Assembly: GCA_963838125.1 (NCBI GenBank)
Contig: CAWIPT010000005.1
Span: forward strand, 12,164-76,163
DNA: 64,000 nucleotides
Reading direction: 5' to 3'
From: an uncultured Chloroflexia bacterium
GTDB lineage: Bacteria; Chloroflexota; Limnocylindria; QHBO01
Below the pieces are notes generated by a model. It did not search any database. It saw only the letters and a list, made by a program, of their open reading frames with translations, and was not told the DNA's origin. Numbering within the stretch: the first letter of the stretch is position 1; every line of letters begins with the position of its first letter. The translations under genes were made by a program, and so were the position numbers. Of this stretch, positions 8,411 through 17,431 are shown piece by piece.

Positions 8411-9598
8411 ATGAGTGCCACATCTCGCGCCGACGTGGTCATCGTGGGCGGCGCCGTCGTCGGCTCGGCGGTGGCCTACTTCCTCGCTCGCGATCCGGAC
8501 TTCTGGGGCTCGGTGGTGGTCATCGAGCGCGACCCGACCTACGCGACGGCCTCGACCACCCTCTCGGCTGCATCGGTCCGCCAGCAGTTCTCCACCCCGG
8601 TCAACATCCAGATGAGCCAGTTCGCGATCCAGGTCATCAAGCACCCGGAGTGGTGGTTCCCGCTGCTCGAGTCGGCGCCCGACTTCGGGTTCGTGGAGGG
8701 CGGCTACCTGTTCCTCGCCACCGAGGCCGGGGTGCCCACCATGTGGGCCAACCACGAGGTCCAGCGCGAGCACCAGGTCTCGGTCGAGATCCTGTCGCCG
8801 GACGAGCTGTCGCATCGGTTCCCGTGGCTGACCACCGAGGACCTCGCCGGCGGCTCGCTGGGGACCGCGGGCGAAGGATGGTTCGACGCCACCGCCCTGA
8901 TGCAGGCCTTCCAGCAATCGGCCCGCGCCTCGGGCGTGACCTACGTCACCGGCGAGGTGACCGGCATCCTGTCCTTCGGCGGCCGGGTGGATGCGGTGAT
9001 GCTGTCCGACGGGCGGCTCATCGAGTGCGGGACCCTGGTCAACGCCACGGGGCCGCGCGCTGGGGAGCTGGCCAAATTCGCCGGCGTGGACCTGCCGGTC
9101 GTCCCGAGGCGCCGGAACGTGTACTCCTTCTCGTGCCGGACCGAGATCCCGGACGTGCCGCTGGTCATCGACCCCACTGGCGTCTACTTCCGTCCCGACG
9201 AGCCGAACTACATCGGCGGCTTCTCTCCCCGGGACGGGGAGGAGGACCCGGACACCCTGGACCTGACCGTCGACCTGCCCGCCTGGGAGGAGCGGGTCTG
9301 GCCGGTCATCGCGCACCGGGTTCCAGCCTTCCAGGCGGTGAAGATGCGGCGAGCGTGGGCGGGCCACTACGAGGTCAACACCGTGGACCACAACGCGATC
9401 ATCGGACCGCATCCGGAGATCTCCAACCTGATGTTCGCGAACGGCTTCTCGGGCCACGGCCTCCAGCAGGCGCCGGCCGTGGGCCGAGGCCTGGCCGAGC
9501 TCATCATCCACGGGGCGTACCGCGCCATCGACCTGAGCCCGCTCGGCTACGAGCGAATCGCGGAGAACCGGCCGCTCCGCGAATTGAACGTGGTCTAG
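8411..9598 (+). CDS. FAD-dependent oxidoreductase (DAO / sarcosine-oxidase-beta-like family)
   Basis: N-terminal Rossmann motif DVVIVGGAVVGSAVAYFLA and C-terminal FANGFSGHGLQQAPAVG, typical of the DAO family. Confidence 0.75.
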   Translation: MSATSRADVVIVGGAVVGSAVAYFLARDPDFWGSVVVIERDPTYATASTTLSAASVRQQFSTPVNIQMSQFAIQVIKHPEWWFPLLESAPDFGFVEGGYLFLATEAGVPTMWANHEVQREHQVSVEILSPDELSHRFPWLTTEDLAGGSLGTAGEGWFDATALMQAFQQSARASGVTYVTGEVTGILSFGGRVDAVMLSDGRLIECGTLVNATGPRAGELAKFAGVDLPVVPRRRNVYSFSCRTEIPDVPLVIDPTGVYFRPDEPNYIGGFSPRDGEEDPDTLDLTVDLPAWEERVWPVIAHRVPAFQAVKMRRAWAGHYEVNTVDHNAIIGPHPEISNLMFANGFSGHGLQQAPAVGRGLAELIIHGAYRAIDLSPLGYERIAENRPLRELNVV

Positions 9599-9613
9599 GG
9601 GTAGGCTGGACCG

Positions 9614-9835
9614 ATGACAGACACGAATCCGGATCGCACGCCGGGACCGGCGGTGCAGCCGGAGGACAAGCCCGAGCCGGTTGCCGAGTGGGAATCGGAG
9701 GGTGGAGCCGTCCTGCCGCCCGGCGTCGCGCTCACCCTGCGTGGACCTGACGGCAGCGGTCCGGCGGAGCTGAACAGGGCGCTGGCCGCCGCACGCGCGG
9801 CACTCCCCGAGGGCTACCACCTGGAGCGCGACTGA
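9614..9835 (+). CDS. Small hypothetical protein (EWESEGG motif)
   Basis: 73-aa ORF in a tight gene array. Proline/acidic-rich N-terminus with an EWESEGG motif. No assignable function. Confidence 0.4.
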   Translation: MTDTNPDRTPGPAVQPEDKPEPVAEWESEGGAVLPPGVALTLRGPDGSGPAELNRALAAARAALPEGYHLERD

Positions 9836-9838
9836 CCG

Positions 9839-10507
9839 ATGTGCGGGCGGTTCGCCCAGCCGCACTCGAGCGAGGAGCTGGCACGCATCTTCCGAGCCAG
9901 CCCGACCGTGGATCTGCCCGGACAGCGGTTCAACGTCGCCCCCACCGACGAGGTGGCTGGCGTGGTCGAGCGCCACGGGGAGCGACTCATCGAGCCGTTC
10001 CGGTGGGGCCTGGTGCCGTGGTACGCGGAGGATCGCAAGGGCGCGGCACGCCTGATCAACGCCCGGTCCGAGACGGTCGAGACCACGCCGGCCTTTCGCA
10101 CCTCGTTCGCCAAACGCCGGCTCATCATCCCGGCCGCGGCGTTCTACGAGTGGCGGCGGATCGACGGTCGTCGTGACCCGTTCGCCGTCGAGCGTCGCGA
10201 TGGCGACCCGATGGCCCTGGCCGGCGTATGGGCCATCTGGCGTGACCCGGAAACCGCGGAGCGGATCTACACCTGCTCCATCCTCACCACCGTCCCGAAC
10301 GAGCTCGTGTCACCCATCCACAACCGGATGCCGGTGATCCTGGACTCCGGCGACTGGGACCTGTGGCTGTCAGAACAGGCGCCACTCCCCGATCTGCGGA
10401 GGCTCCTGTTCCCGCTCCCCGCCGACGCGCTCGACATGTTCCCCGTCTCCACGGCGGTCAACAACGTCCGCAACGAGGGCGCCGACCTGCTGGAACGGGT
10501 CGGGTGA
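9839..10507 (+). CDS. SOS response-associated peptidase (SRAP / YedK, DUF159)
   Basis: Begins MCGRF (catalytic Cys2). Contains NVAPT, RWGLVPWYA, NARSETV, RRLIIPAAAFYEW and ILTT..N..V..IHNRMPVIL motifs. Confidence 0.9.
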   Translation: MCGRFAQPHSSEELARIFRASPTVDLPGQRFNVAPTDEVAGVVERHGERLIEPFRWGLVPWYAEDRKGAARLINARSETVETTPAFRTSFAKRRLIIPAAAFYEWRRIDGRRDPFAVERRDGDPMALAGVWAIWRDPETAERIYTCSILTTVPNELVSPIHNRMPVILDSGDWDLWLSEQAPLPDLRRLLFPLPADALDMFPVSTAVNNVRNEGADLLERVG

Positions 10508-11050
10508 CCGCCCTCGACATCCCATCCGACGCTCTCGTCATCCTGATCGGGGCCGCCGGCAGCGGGAAGTCGACCCTCGCCGCGCGCCACTTCCCCGCCG
10601 AGGCGATCCTTTCATCGGACGCGTACCGCGAGGCGGTGTCGGGGGACGCCAGCGATCAGGCCGCGACCGATGAGGCGTTCGAGCGGCTCGAGGCCGACCT
10701 CGATCAGCGCCTGCTTGAGCGGCAAGCTGACCGTGGTTGACGCGACAAACGTCCAGCCCTGGGCTCGCAAACGGCTGCTGCGCGTGGCCCGCGCCCACGG
10801 GAGGCCGGCGGTGGGCATCGTGCTCGCCATCCCGGTGGAGGTGAGCCTGGAGCGAAACGCCGCGCGCCCGGGGCGGCAGGTGCCGCCAGGGGTTGTCCGG
10901 CGCCACGATCGCGACCTCCGCCGGTCGCTCGCGCGCCTCGGCGATGAGGGCTACGTGTCGGTTCTCGTCCTGTCCGACCCGGACGAGGTGGACGCGGTCA
11001 GCATCCGGACACAAAGAAATGTCCCGAAGGAACGGCACCCGACCCTTTGA
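10504..11050 (+). CDS. AAA_33-type P-loop kinase (polynucleotide-kinase-like); frameshifted near 10720 as sequenced
   Basis: GTG start overlaps the SRAP stop (GTGA). Walker A LIGAAGSGKSTLA and SSD.YRE lie in the frame of ORF 10363..10740. The continuation GKLTVVDATNV..RK.LL..A is in ORF 10670..11050. Confidence 0.65.
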
Positions 11051-11294
11051 TGCAATCTCCGGAGTCGTCACCGGGACCTTGATGCAATCTCAGACCCGGA
11101 TCGTGCTGCCCCTTCGGGACAAGAAGAATCATAGGTTGCCCTTGACATCCCCACAATAGGGGTTATCCACCAGTTTCTCGGTTGCTTCGCCGCTCGTCCA
11201 CACGATCTCAACATGTGGACGCCTCGGATCTAACGTCCAGCCAACACCAACCCGGGTCTGGCCCCCCGCAAACGGCAGGTTCATACTGGGGTGC

Positions 11295-11690
11295 ATGACG
11301 ACGCGTGCGGCGGTCGCGGACTGGTTGGACCGCTACGAGCAGGCATGGCGCACGAACGACCCGGACCGGATCCGCGAGCTGTTCACCGAGGACGCGGTCT
11401 ACCGCTGGCACCCGTGGGAGGACGCGGCGGACGGCGCCGATGGAGTGGAGGAGATCGTCGAGGCCTGGCTCGAGCAGCCCGACGAACCCGATGACTGGAC
11501 CCTCGAGTGCGAGCCGCTCGCCGTTGACGGCGACGTCGCGGTGGCGCGATGCGAAGCCCGTTACCGGGCCACCGCCCGCGGACCGGCCCGCATCTACCAC
11601 AACATCTGGGTCATGACCCTGACCGAAGACGGCCGCTGCTCGGACTTCACCGAGTACTTCATGAAGGAGCCGACCGAAGAATCGGCCTGA
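11295..11690 (+). CDS. SnoaL-like / NTF2-fold protein
   Basis: 131 aa. WLDRYEQAWRTNDPDRIRELFTEDAVY is the typical NTF2-like N-terminus. Confidence 0.65.
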   Translation: MTTRAAVADWLDRYEQAWRTNDPDRIRELFTEDAVYRWHPWEDAADGADGVEEIVEAWLEQPDEPDDWTLECEPLAVDGDVAVARCEARYRATARGPARIYHNIWVMTLTEDGRCSDFTEYFMKEPTEESA

Positions 11691-11714
11691 CTTCGGACCA
11701 TCCTGGCGCGACGT

Positions 11715-12992
11715 TCACCGCGGACTCGATGCAGTCCGCAGCCCGATCAGCTCGTAGACCGCGACTGGCTGCGACTTTCCTTTCAGTCCAGGCGACCCCA
11801 GCGGTCGAACGACCGCCTGCTCCCGAATGTGGTCGTAGGTGCTGGCACCGATGACAATGCTCCCCTCGGCGGCGTAGGTCTGCAGGCGCGCGGCTACGTT
11901 GGTCGTGTCCCCGATTGCGGAGAAGTTGCGCAATTCGGCACCGCCGATATTGCCCACCAGTGCCGGGCCGCTGTTGAGGCCGACCCGAAAGTGGGGGCGC
12001 GTGCCCGCGTCGGGTAGCTCACCCACAGCTTGCTGCATCGCCAGCGCCGCGCGTGCTGCCCGCAAGGCGTGATCCGGCTGAGGGTGTGGAGCATTGAAGA
12101 TAGCCATGAGAGCGTCACCCATGAACTGCACTACCGTGCCACCCTCCGTGAGGACGATCGGCACCACCACTTCGAACGCAGCATTCAGCATGGACACAAC
12201 CTCGGTGGGCGCTCGACGTTCGGCGAAGGCCGTATATCCGCGCAGGTCGGCGAACAGGACCGTCACGTCGACCTCCTCGCCGCCCAGCGCCGCGCGGCGC
12301 GGATCCTCGATCAATGCGCTTGCCACCGCCGGCGATAGGTACCGGTGGAGCAGCTGGTCGACCTGATCGCGTAGCGCGCTTACAAGCCGGCCCTGTGCGA
12401 AGGCAGTACGTTGCGACCGTTCCAGCGTATATCCGCCCACGCAAGCGGCCACCACCGCGAGGGCGAGGATGAGGAGCTGCAGGGGCAATTGCGACGCCAG
12501 CCCAAGCGCGAGGGCGAAGACCACGAACAGCCCGCAATAAGCACTGCCCATCACGACCGCGCCGGTGAATGGGTGCCGCGTGATCGAGAAGCCGAACGCG
12601 GCGGTGACCATGATGCCGGGTAGCGCATACACGGCAAACGTGCCGGTGACAACCGACAAAGCGAGCACCGCGATTCCGGCCGCGAATTGTTGCCCCATGC
12701 CAATCGCGTCGCGCCGGCGCTGGGTCGTCGCCCACCGACTCACGCCTGCACTTGCCAACAGCACGATGATCATGAGACCCGAGATCAGCCAGGTTTGGCC
12801 CGGTGCTATGTCGAGCACCAGGGGCCCGATGAGGGCCACCAGCGCCCACGCTCCTACTGCGACAAGACTGGTCGTGCGGAGGCGCCGCACCCCCTCCGCG
12901 TGATCCGCGTGCTGGTACGTTTCCTCCAGATCCGGATCCAAGAAGCGCAATGTCCAACGGTCGCGCCGGTCCCAGCCAGCGGGGAAGATCAC
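11715..12992 (-). CDS. Membrane-anchored class III adenylate/guanylate cyclase
   Basis: About 6 predicted TM helices, then a CHD domain: VTVLFADLRGYTAF, GGTVVQFMGDALMAIFNAP, FRVGLNSGPALVGNIG, SAIGDTTNVAARLQ. Confidence 0.85.
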   Translation of the reverse strand: MIFPAGWDRRDRWTLRFLDPDLEETYQHADHAEGVRRLRTTSLVAVGAWALVALIGPLVLDIAPGQTWLISGLMIIVLLASAGVSRWATTQRRRDAIGMGQQFAAGIAVLALSVVTGTFAVYALPGIMVTAAFGFSITRHPFTGAVVMGSAYCGLFVVFALALGLASQLPLQLLILALAVVAACVGGYTLERSQRTAFAQGRLVSALRDQVDQLLHRYLSPAVASALIEDPRRAALGGEEVDVTVLFADLRGYTAFAERRAPTEVVSMLNAAFEVVVPIVLTEGGTVVQFMGDALMAIFNAPHPQPDHALRAARAALAMQQAVGELPDAGTRPHFRVGLNSGPALVGNIGGAELRNFSAIGDTTNVAARLQTYAAEGSIVIGASTYDHIREQAVVRPLGSPGLKGKSQPVAVYELIGLRTASSPR

Positions 12993-13062
12993 AGCGTCAG
13001 TCTATGGCGTCCGCTGTTCTGGAGGTCGCATCAGAGCAGCTGACTTCGGATAGCCTCGCCGC

Positions 13063-13671
13063 GTGGCCGCCAGCTTCCACGTCCTACACGAGGGCTACGT
13101 CGACGACCGCGGTGTATGCGGAACGGTCAGCCTGGTCCAGGACGGTGACGCGCTGATCGTGGTCGATCCCGGGATGGTGGCCGACCGCGAGGAGATCCTG
13201 GCGCCGCTCGTCAGCCTGGGCTTCGCCCCGGAGGACGTGACCCACGTCTTCCTGACCCATCACCATCCGGACCACACGATCAACACGGCACTCTTCTCGA
13301 ATGCGACGGTCGTCGACTTCTGGGCGGCCTACCACGGAACAGAATGGACCGATCACCAGGGTGACGGCCACCGGATCTCCCCGCACGTGTCGCTGATCCT
13401 GACCCCGGGCCACACCAACGAGGACGCGACCCTGCTGGCCGAGACCGATGAGGGAGTCGTCGCGTGCACCCACCTGTGGTGGCGCGCGGACCGCACGCCC
13501 GAGGTCGATCCCCTGGCCGACGACCAGGCCGCGCTCGAGGCCAGCCGTGAGCGGGTGCTGGAAGCGGCCGACATCGTCGTCCCGGGTCACGGCCCGCCCG
13601 TTTCGGGTCAGGCCCTAGGCCGACCGGAGACGCCCGCGGCAGCGGGCGCATCGGTATCCTCAGCGGCGTGA
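13063..13671 (+). CDS. MBL-fold metallo-hydrolase
   Basis: HxHxDH motif (LTHHHPDHT), later TPGHT and PGHG. 202 aa with a GTG start. Confidence 0.75.
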   Translation: MAASFHVLHEGYVDDRGVCGTVSLVQDGDALIVVDPGMVADREEILAPLVSLGFAPEDVTHVFLTHHHPDHTINTALFSNATVVDFWAAYHGTEWTDHQGDGHRISPHVSLILTPGHTNEDATLLAETDEGVVACTHLWWRADRTPEVDPLADDQAALEASRERVLEAADIVVPGHGPPVSGQALGRPETPAAAGASVSSAA

Positions 13672-14127
13672 GCGCAGACGCGAGCGTCGACCGGCTGGAA
13701 TACTCCGAACAGTGGCGGGTGCGCACGTTCGAACTGGACTCGAACGGCCACGTCAACAACGCCGTGTACCTCAACTACGCCGAGGTCGTCGCCACCGAGC
13801 ACGCGGAAGCCCTTGGCTACGGGCGCGCGTGGACCGACCAGCACCAAATCGGGTGGGCGGTCCGCGAACACCGACATCGTCTACCACCGCCCAGCCGAAT
13901 ACCGAGACCTCATCCGGGTCACCACCCGGGTCGGCGCCATGGGCGGGGTTCGCGCCACGCGGCACACCGAGATCCGCCGCGAGCCGAACGGGGAGCTGCT
14001 CGCCGAGGTGGAGACCATCTGGGTCTGCATCCGCCGCTCCGACCAGCGGCCGACGCGCATCCCCTCCGATCTCCTCGACCGATACGCCGACGACCTCGCC
14101 GCAGGGACCAATGACCCGGGCACGTGA
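13668..14127 (+). CDS. Acyl-CoA thioesterase (4HBT / YbgC-like hotdog fold); frameshifted near 13868 as sequenced
   Basis: N-terminal half (RVRTFELDSNGHVNNAVYLNYAE) is in ORF 13668..14114. C-terminal half (TDIVYHRPAEYRDLIRVTTRV..ETIWVCI) is in ORF 13813..14127. Confidence 0.7.
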
Positions 14128-15263
14128 CCTCGGTATCCGCCTCGGCCACGGCCGACCGGGGCGCGCACAACGCCATTACCGATGTCCCCGGCGTGCGGGT
14201 CGGCCACACGACGCTCATCTCCGGCGAGGGTCCGCTGGTGGTCGGCCAGGGACCGATCCGCACCGGGGTGACGGCCATCGTCCCCCACGACGGGGACGTG
14301 TGGCGCGAGCCGCTGTTCGCAGGGAGCTTCTCGCTGAACGGCAACGGGGAGATGACCGGCTTGCTGTGGATCGAGGAGAGCGGCCTCCTGAGCAGCATCA
14401 TCGGCCTGAGCAACACCCACGCCATCGGCGTGGTCCATGACGCGCTGGTCCGAACCGCGGTGGCGACCACCGGGGAGCACCTGCCATGGACGTTGCCGGT
14501 CGCCGCCGAGACGTGGGATGGAATGCTGAACGACATCGACGGCATGCACATCCGGACCGAGCACGTGACCGCCGCAATCGAGGCGGCGAGCGGCGGGCCG
14601 GTGGCGGAGGGCAACGTCGGGGGCGGGACCGGGATGGTGTGCCACGAATTCAAGGGCGGGATCGGGACCGCCTCGCGCGTACTGCCCCCCGAGGGCGGCG
14701 GCTGGACGGTCGGTGCGCTGGTGCAATCCAACTACGGGGACCGCGACCAGCTGCGGATCGACGGCGTGCCGGTCGGCGAGGAGATCGGCCTCGAGGAGGT
14801 CAGCAGCCCGTATGGCTTCGAGCGCAGCCCGACAGCCTGGCCCGATGCCGGCGCCGGCTCGATCATCGGGATCGTGGCCACCGATGCGCCGGTGCTCCCG
14901 CACCAGTGCGTGGCGCTGGCCAAGCGGGCGGCACTCGGCGCCGCGCGGGTCGGGTGCTACGCGTCACTGGGGTCGGGCGACATCTTTCTGGCCTTCGGTA
15001 CGGGCAACCGCGGACTGGCGAGCGAGGAGAGCCCGGTCCGGCCGGGAACCACCGTCCGGTCGGAGATGGTCGCCGGCGCGGCCCTCACGCCCCTCCTGCT
15101 GGCCGCGACCGAAGCTGTCGAGGAGGCCATCGTCAACTGCCTGCTGGCCGCTGAAACCATGGTCGGGCGGGACGGGATCACGGCCAACGCCCTGCCCCAC
15201 GACCGGCTGCTCGAAGTCATGGCCCGGTACGGCCGGAACCCGCAGCCGTCCAATGGCGTCTGA
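14111..15263 (+). CDS. P1/S58-family aminopeptidase (DmpA / L-aminopeptidase-D-esterase type); frameshifted near 14160 as sequenced
   Basis: Canonical N-terminus MTRARDLGIRLGHGRPG is in the frame of ORF 13712..14440 and joins HNAITDVPGVRVGHTT of ORF 14124..15263. Also GGGTGMVCHEFKGGIGTAS and GSIIGIVATDAPL-like motifs. Confidence 0.75.
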
Positions 15264-15856
15264 CGAGCACATGCCAGACCCAGCGGGCAGCCGCTCCCCC
15301 GCGCCCGGCGACCGCCTCGAGGCGCTGTTCGAGGCTCATCACCGTGCGTTGCTGGCCTACGCCGCCCGCCGCTCCCCCACCCTGGCCGATGCGGAGGACG
15401 TCGTCGCCGAGGTGTTCCTGGTCGCATGGCGCCGGTTGGATGACATGCCGGCCGGGGACGAGGCCCGCCTCTGGCTGTACGGCGTGGCCCGGAACACGAT
15501 CGCCAACCAGCGACGCGGGCTCACGCGCCGGACGCGGCTCCAGGACCGGCTGGAGCAGACGACGGAACGGCCGATGAGCACGGCACCACCGATCGTCGAC
15601 GCCGAGCCAGCCCTCGAAGCCCTCTCCCGACTGTCCGCCTCCGACCAGGAGCTGCTGCGCCTGGTGGCCTGGGAGGAGCTGAGCCATGCCGAGATCGCCG
15701 CAGGTGCTGGGGATATCGGTCAACGCGGTGGCCATTCGTCTCCACCGGGCTCGTGCCCGGTTCGAGCAGGCGCTGGTGAAAGGTCCGAGCCGATGGCGGA
15801 CATGGCTATCGGTGAAGGGCAGTCCGAGCCGCCGACCATCGCGGGAGGAACCATGA
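15253..15856 (+). CDS. ECF-type RNA polymerase sigma-70 factor; frameshifted near 15700 as sequenced
   Basis: Region 2 (DAEDVVAEVFLVAWRRLDDMP..ARLWLYGVARNTIANQRR) is in the frame of ORF 14713..16461. The region 4 HTH (LSHAEIA|QVLGISVNAVAIRLHRARARFEQAL) is only readable after a +1 shift. Its stop overlaps the next gene's start (ATGA). Confidence 0.75.
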
Positions 15857-16461
15857 GCACACCACCGACACGCGATCCGATCGACGAGCTCCGCGAGGCG
15901 AACCCGCTCCGCGACGACCAGCTGCCCACTGACAGCCGGGACCGACTATGGACCCGGATCCAGGAGGCACGCATGGCCGACAACACCCCACAGACCGATT
16001 CCGGTCACACCCGCTTCGCGCGCTGGACCATTGCCGCCTCCGGGGCGGCCGTGGTCGCCGTCGCGGTGGCGGCGCTCACCATTGGCAGCGCAGCCGCGCC
16101 ACCGCCCCAGACGGGCAACGGCGATGGTGGCGTTGGCACGGGGATGTGCATCCAATTCTCCTTCGAGGAGCTCCAGGCCCGCGACTTCGCGTTCGACGGC
16201 ACGGTCACCGCGATCAACGGCGACCAGGCCACGTTCACCGTCAACCACGCCTTCTGGGGCGTGGATACGGGGAGCTCGGTGACCCTGACCGGCGGGATCG
16301 GGATGCTCGAGGAGAGCGGGGTCGCCCTCGACGGCGGTCCACTGCTGGTGGTCGGAGACCGCTACCTCATCTCCGGCGACGACGTGTTCGCGTGGACGTG
16401 CGGCTACTCGCAGGTCTACGACGAAGCCACCGCCGCGGAGTGGGCTGCCGCGGCGCCCTGA
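15853..16461 (+). CDS. Putative anti-sigma factor / single-pass membrane protein
   Basis: Translationally coupled to the ECF sigma. N-terminal cytoplasmic segment, one TM helix (WTIAASGAAVVAVAVAALTIG), and a ~120-aa extracytoplasmic domain with 2 Cys. Confidence 0.5.
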   Translation: MSTPPTRDPIDELREANPLRDDQLPTDSRDRLWTRIQEARMADNTPQTDSGHTRFARWTIAASGAAVVAVAVAALTIGSAAAPPPQTGNGDGGVGTGMCIQFSFEELQARDFAFDGTVTAINGDQATFTVNHAFWGVDTGSSVTLTGGIGMLEESGVALDGGPLLVVGDRYLISGDDVFAWTCGYSQVYDEATAAEWAAAAP

Positions 16462-16507
16462 CCTCAGGGCCTCGGCGCCGGCGGCAGGGGCGGATCGGGA
16501 TTCCGCT

Positions 16508-16987
16508 TCAGCCGCCGGCGCGTTCCACGTATCGGGCCAGCACCGCGTCCCATCCGGTCGCGTAGCTAGCGAACTGGTCCGCGGCCGACTGCCCGTGGAT
16601 CTCCCAGCCACGGTGCTCGAGCTCGACGCGGGTGGTGGTCGGTCCCTCGGCGACGAACCGGAGGGTGAGCTGAGTCGCCAGCTCCATGCCGTAGCCGGGA
16701 TGCCACGTTGATGTGAAGCCGGCCGGCTCGTCCCAGGCCGTGATCGTCCCCCACGTCACCCTCCCGTCCGCGCTTTCCTCGTAGATCTCCCCACCGACCT
16801 GAGCATCCATCCCCGCCCGCGCCACCTCCCCCGCGACCGAGTGGGTGCGCGTTGGCCACCAGGTGCCCATCCCCTCGGTGAACAACTTGAAGGCGTCCTT
16901 CTGGGACAGCGGGACGGTCACCGACTTCCGGATCACCAGGTCGCCGTCTCGTTCTGCGTTGTCCATTGCCGAGATCTCCGCTGCCAT
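16508..16987 (-). CDS. SRPBCC-superfamily protein (AHSA1 / activator of Hsp90 ATPase homolog-like)
   Basis: 159 aa. LVIRKSVTVPLSQKDAFKLFTEGMGTWWP is typical of the AHSA1 (PF08327) family, commonly paired with ArsR. Confidence 0.7.
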   Translation of the reverse strand: MAAEISAMDNAERDGDLVIRKSVTVPLSQKDAFKLFTEGMGTWWPTRTHSVAGEVARAGMDAQVGGEIYEESADGRVTWGTITAWDEPAGFTSTWHPGYGMELATQLTLRFVAEGPTTTRVELEHRGWEIHGQSAADQFASYATGWDAVLARYVERAGG

Positions 16988-16990
16988 GAC

Positions 16991-17341
16991 TCAGTCCTCC
17001 TTTGCGTTCGCGGCCCGCTCCGCGGCCGTGCGAAATCCTTCGAGCGCGCTGGCTCCAGAACTCATCCATCCAGCTCCGCAGTGCGTCCATCCCGTCAGGA
17101 CTGACGGCGTAGACGTGGCGTGTCCCCTGCGAGCGCACCGTCACCAAGCCCGGCGTCCACGAGCACCCGGAGGTGCTGCGAGACGGCGGGCCGGGTGACG
17201 GGCATTCCGTCGGCGATCTCGTGCACCGCGAGCGGCCCGGGCAGCAGCCGCTCGAAGACTCGTCGCCGAGTCGGGTCCGCCAGCGCACCGAGGGCGTCCA
17301 GGGCCGGAGCCGCGGATGCGCCAGCTGGACCGGTGATGCAT
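16991..17341 (-). pseudogene. ArsR/SmtB-family transcriptional regulator, at least two frameshifts as sequenced (~17050, ~17146)
   Basis: Stitched across three frames it reads ...LGALADPTRRRVFERLLPGPLAVHEIADGMPVTRPAVSQHLRVLVDAGL|VTVRSQGTRHVYAVSPDGMDALRSWMDEFW|SALEGFRTAAERAANAKED*. The stop lies 3 nt before the SRPBCC start. The N-terminal start is unresolved. Confidence 0.65.
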
Positions 17342-17351
17342 GGAGTGATCG

Positions 17352-17395
17352 GTTAGCCATCACTAACCGTTAGTCTAGACTTACAGATTTACCTC
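17352..17395. promoter_or_regulatory. Candidate operator/promoter region between divergent arsR-like and MFS genes
   Basis: AT-richer spacer containing the inverted repeat GGTTAG-n6-CTAACC and a perfect 10-bp palindrome, AGTCTAGACT. Confidence 0.35.
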
Positions 17396-17431
17396 TGTCA
17401 AGTCACCATCGCGGGCTATCATCGGCAGGCC

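Noticed and set aside
6420-8414. 664-aa plus-strand ORF, and the 585-aa minus-strand ORF 8219..9976
   Set aside because: Both are antisense to strongly supported genes (the RR-TrxR fusion and the FAD oxidoreductase). Their translations are Arg/Gly/Pro-rich with no domain signatures.
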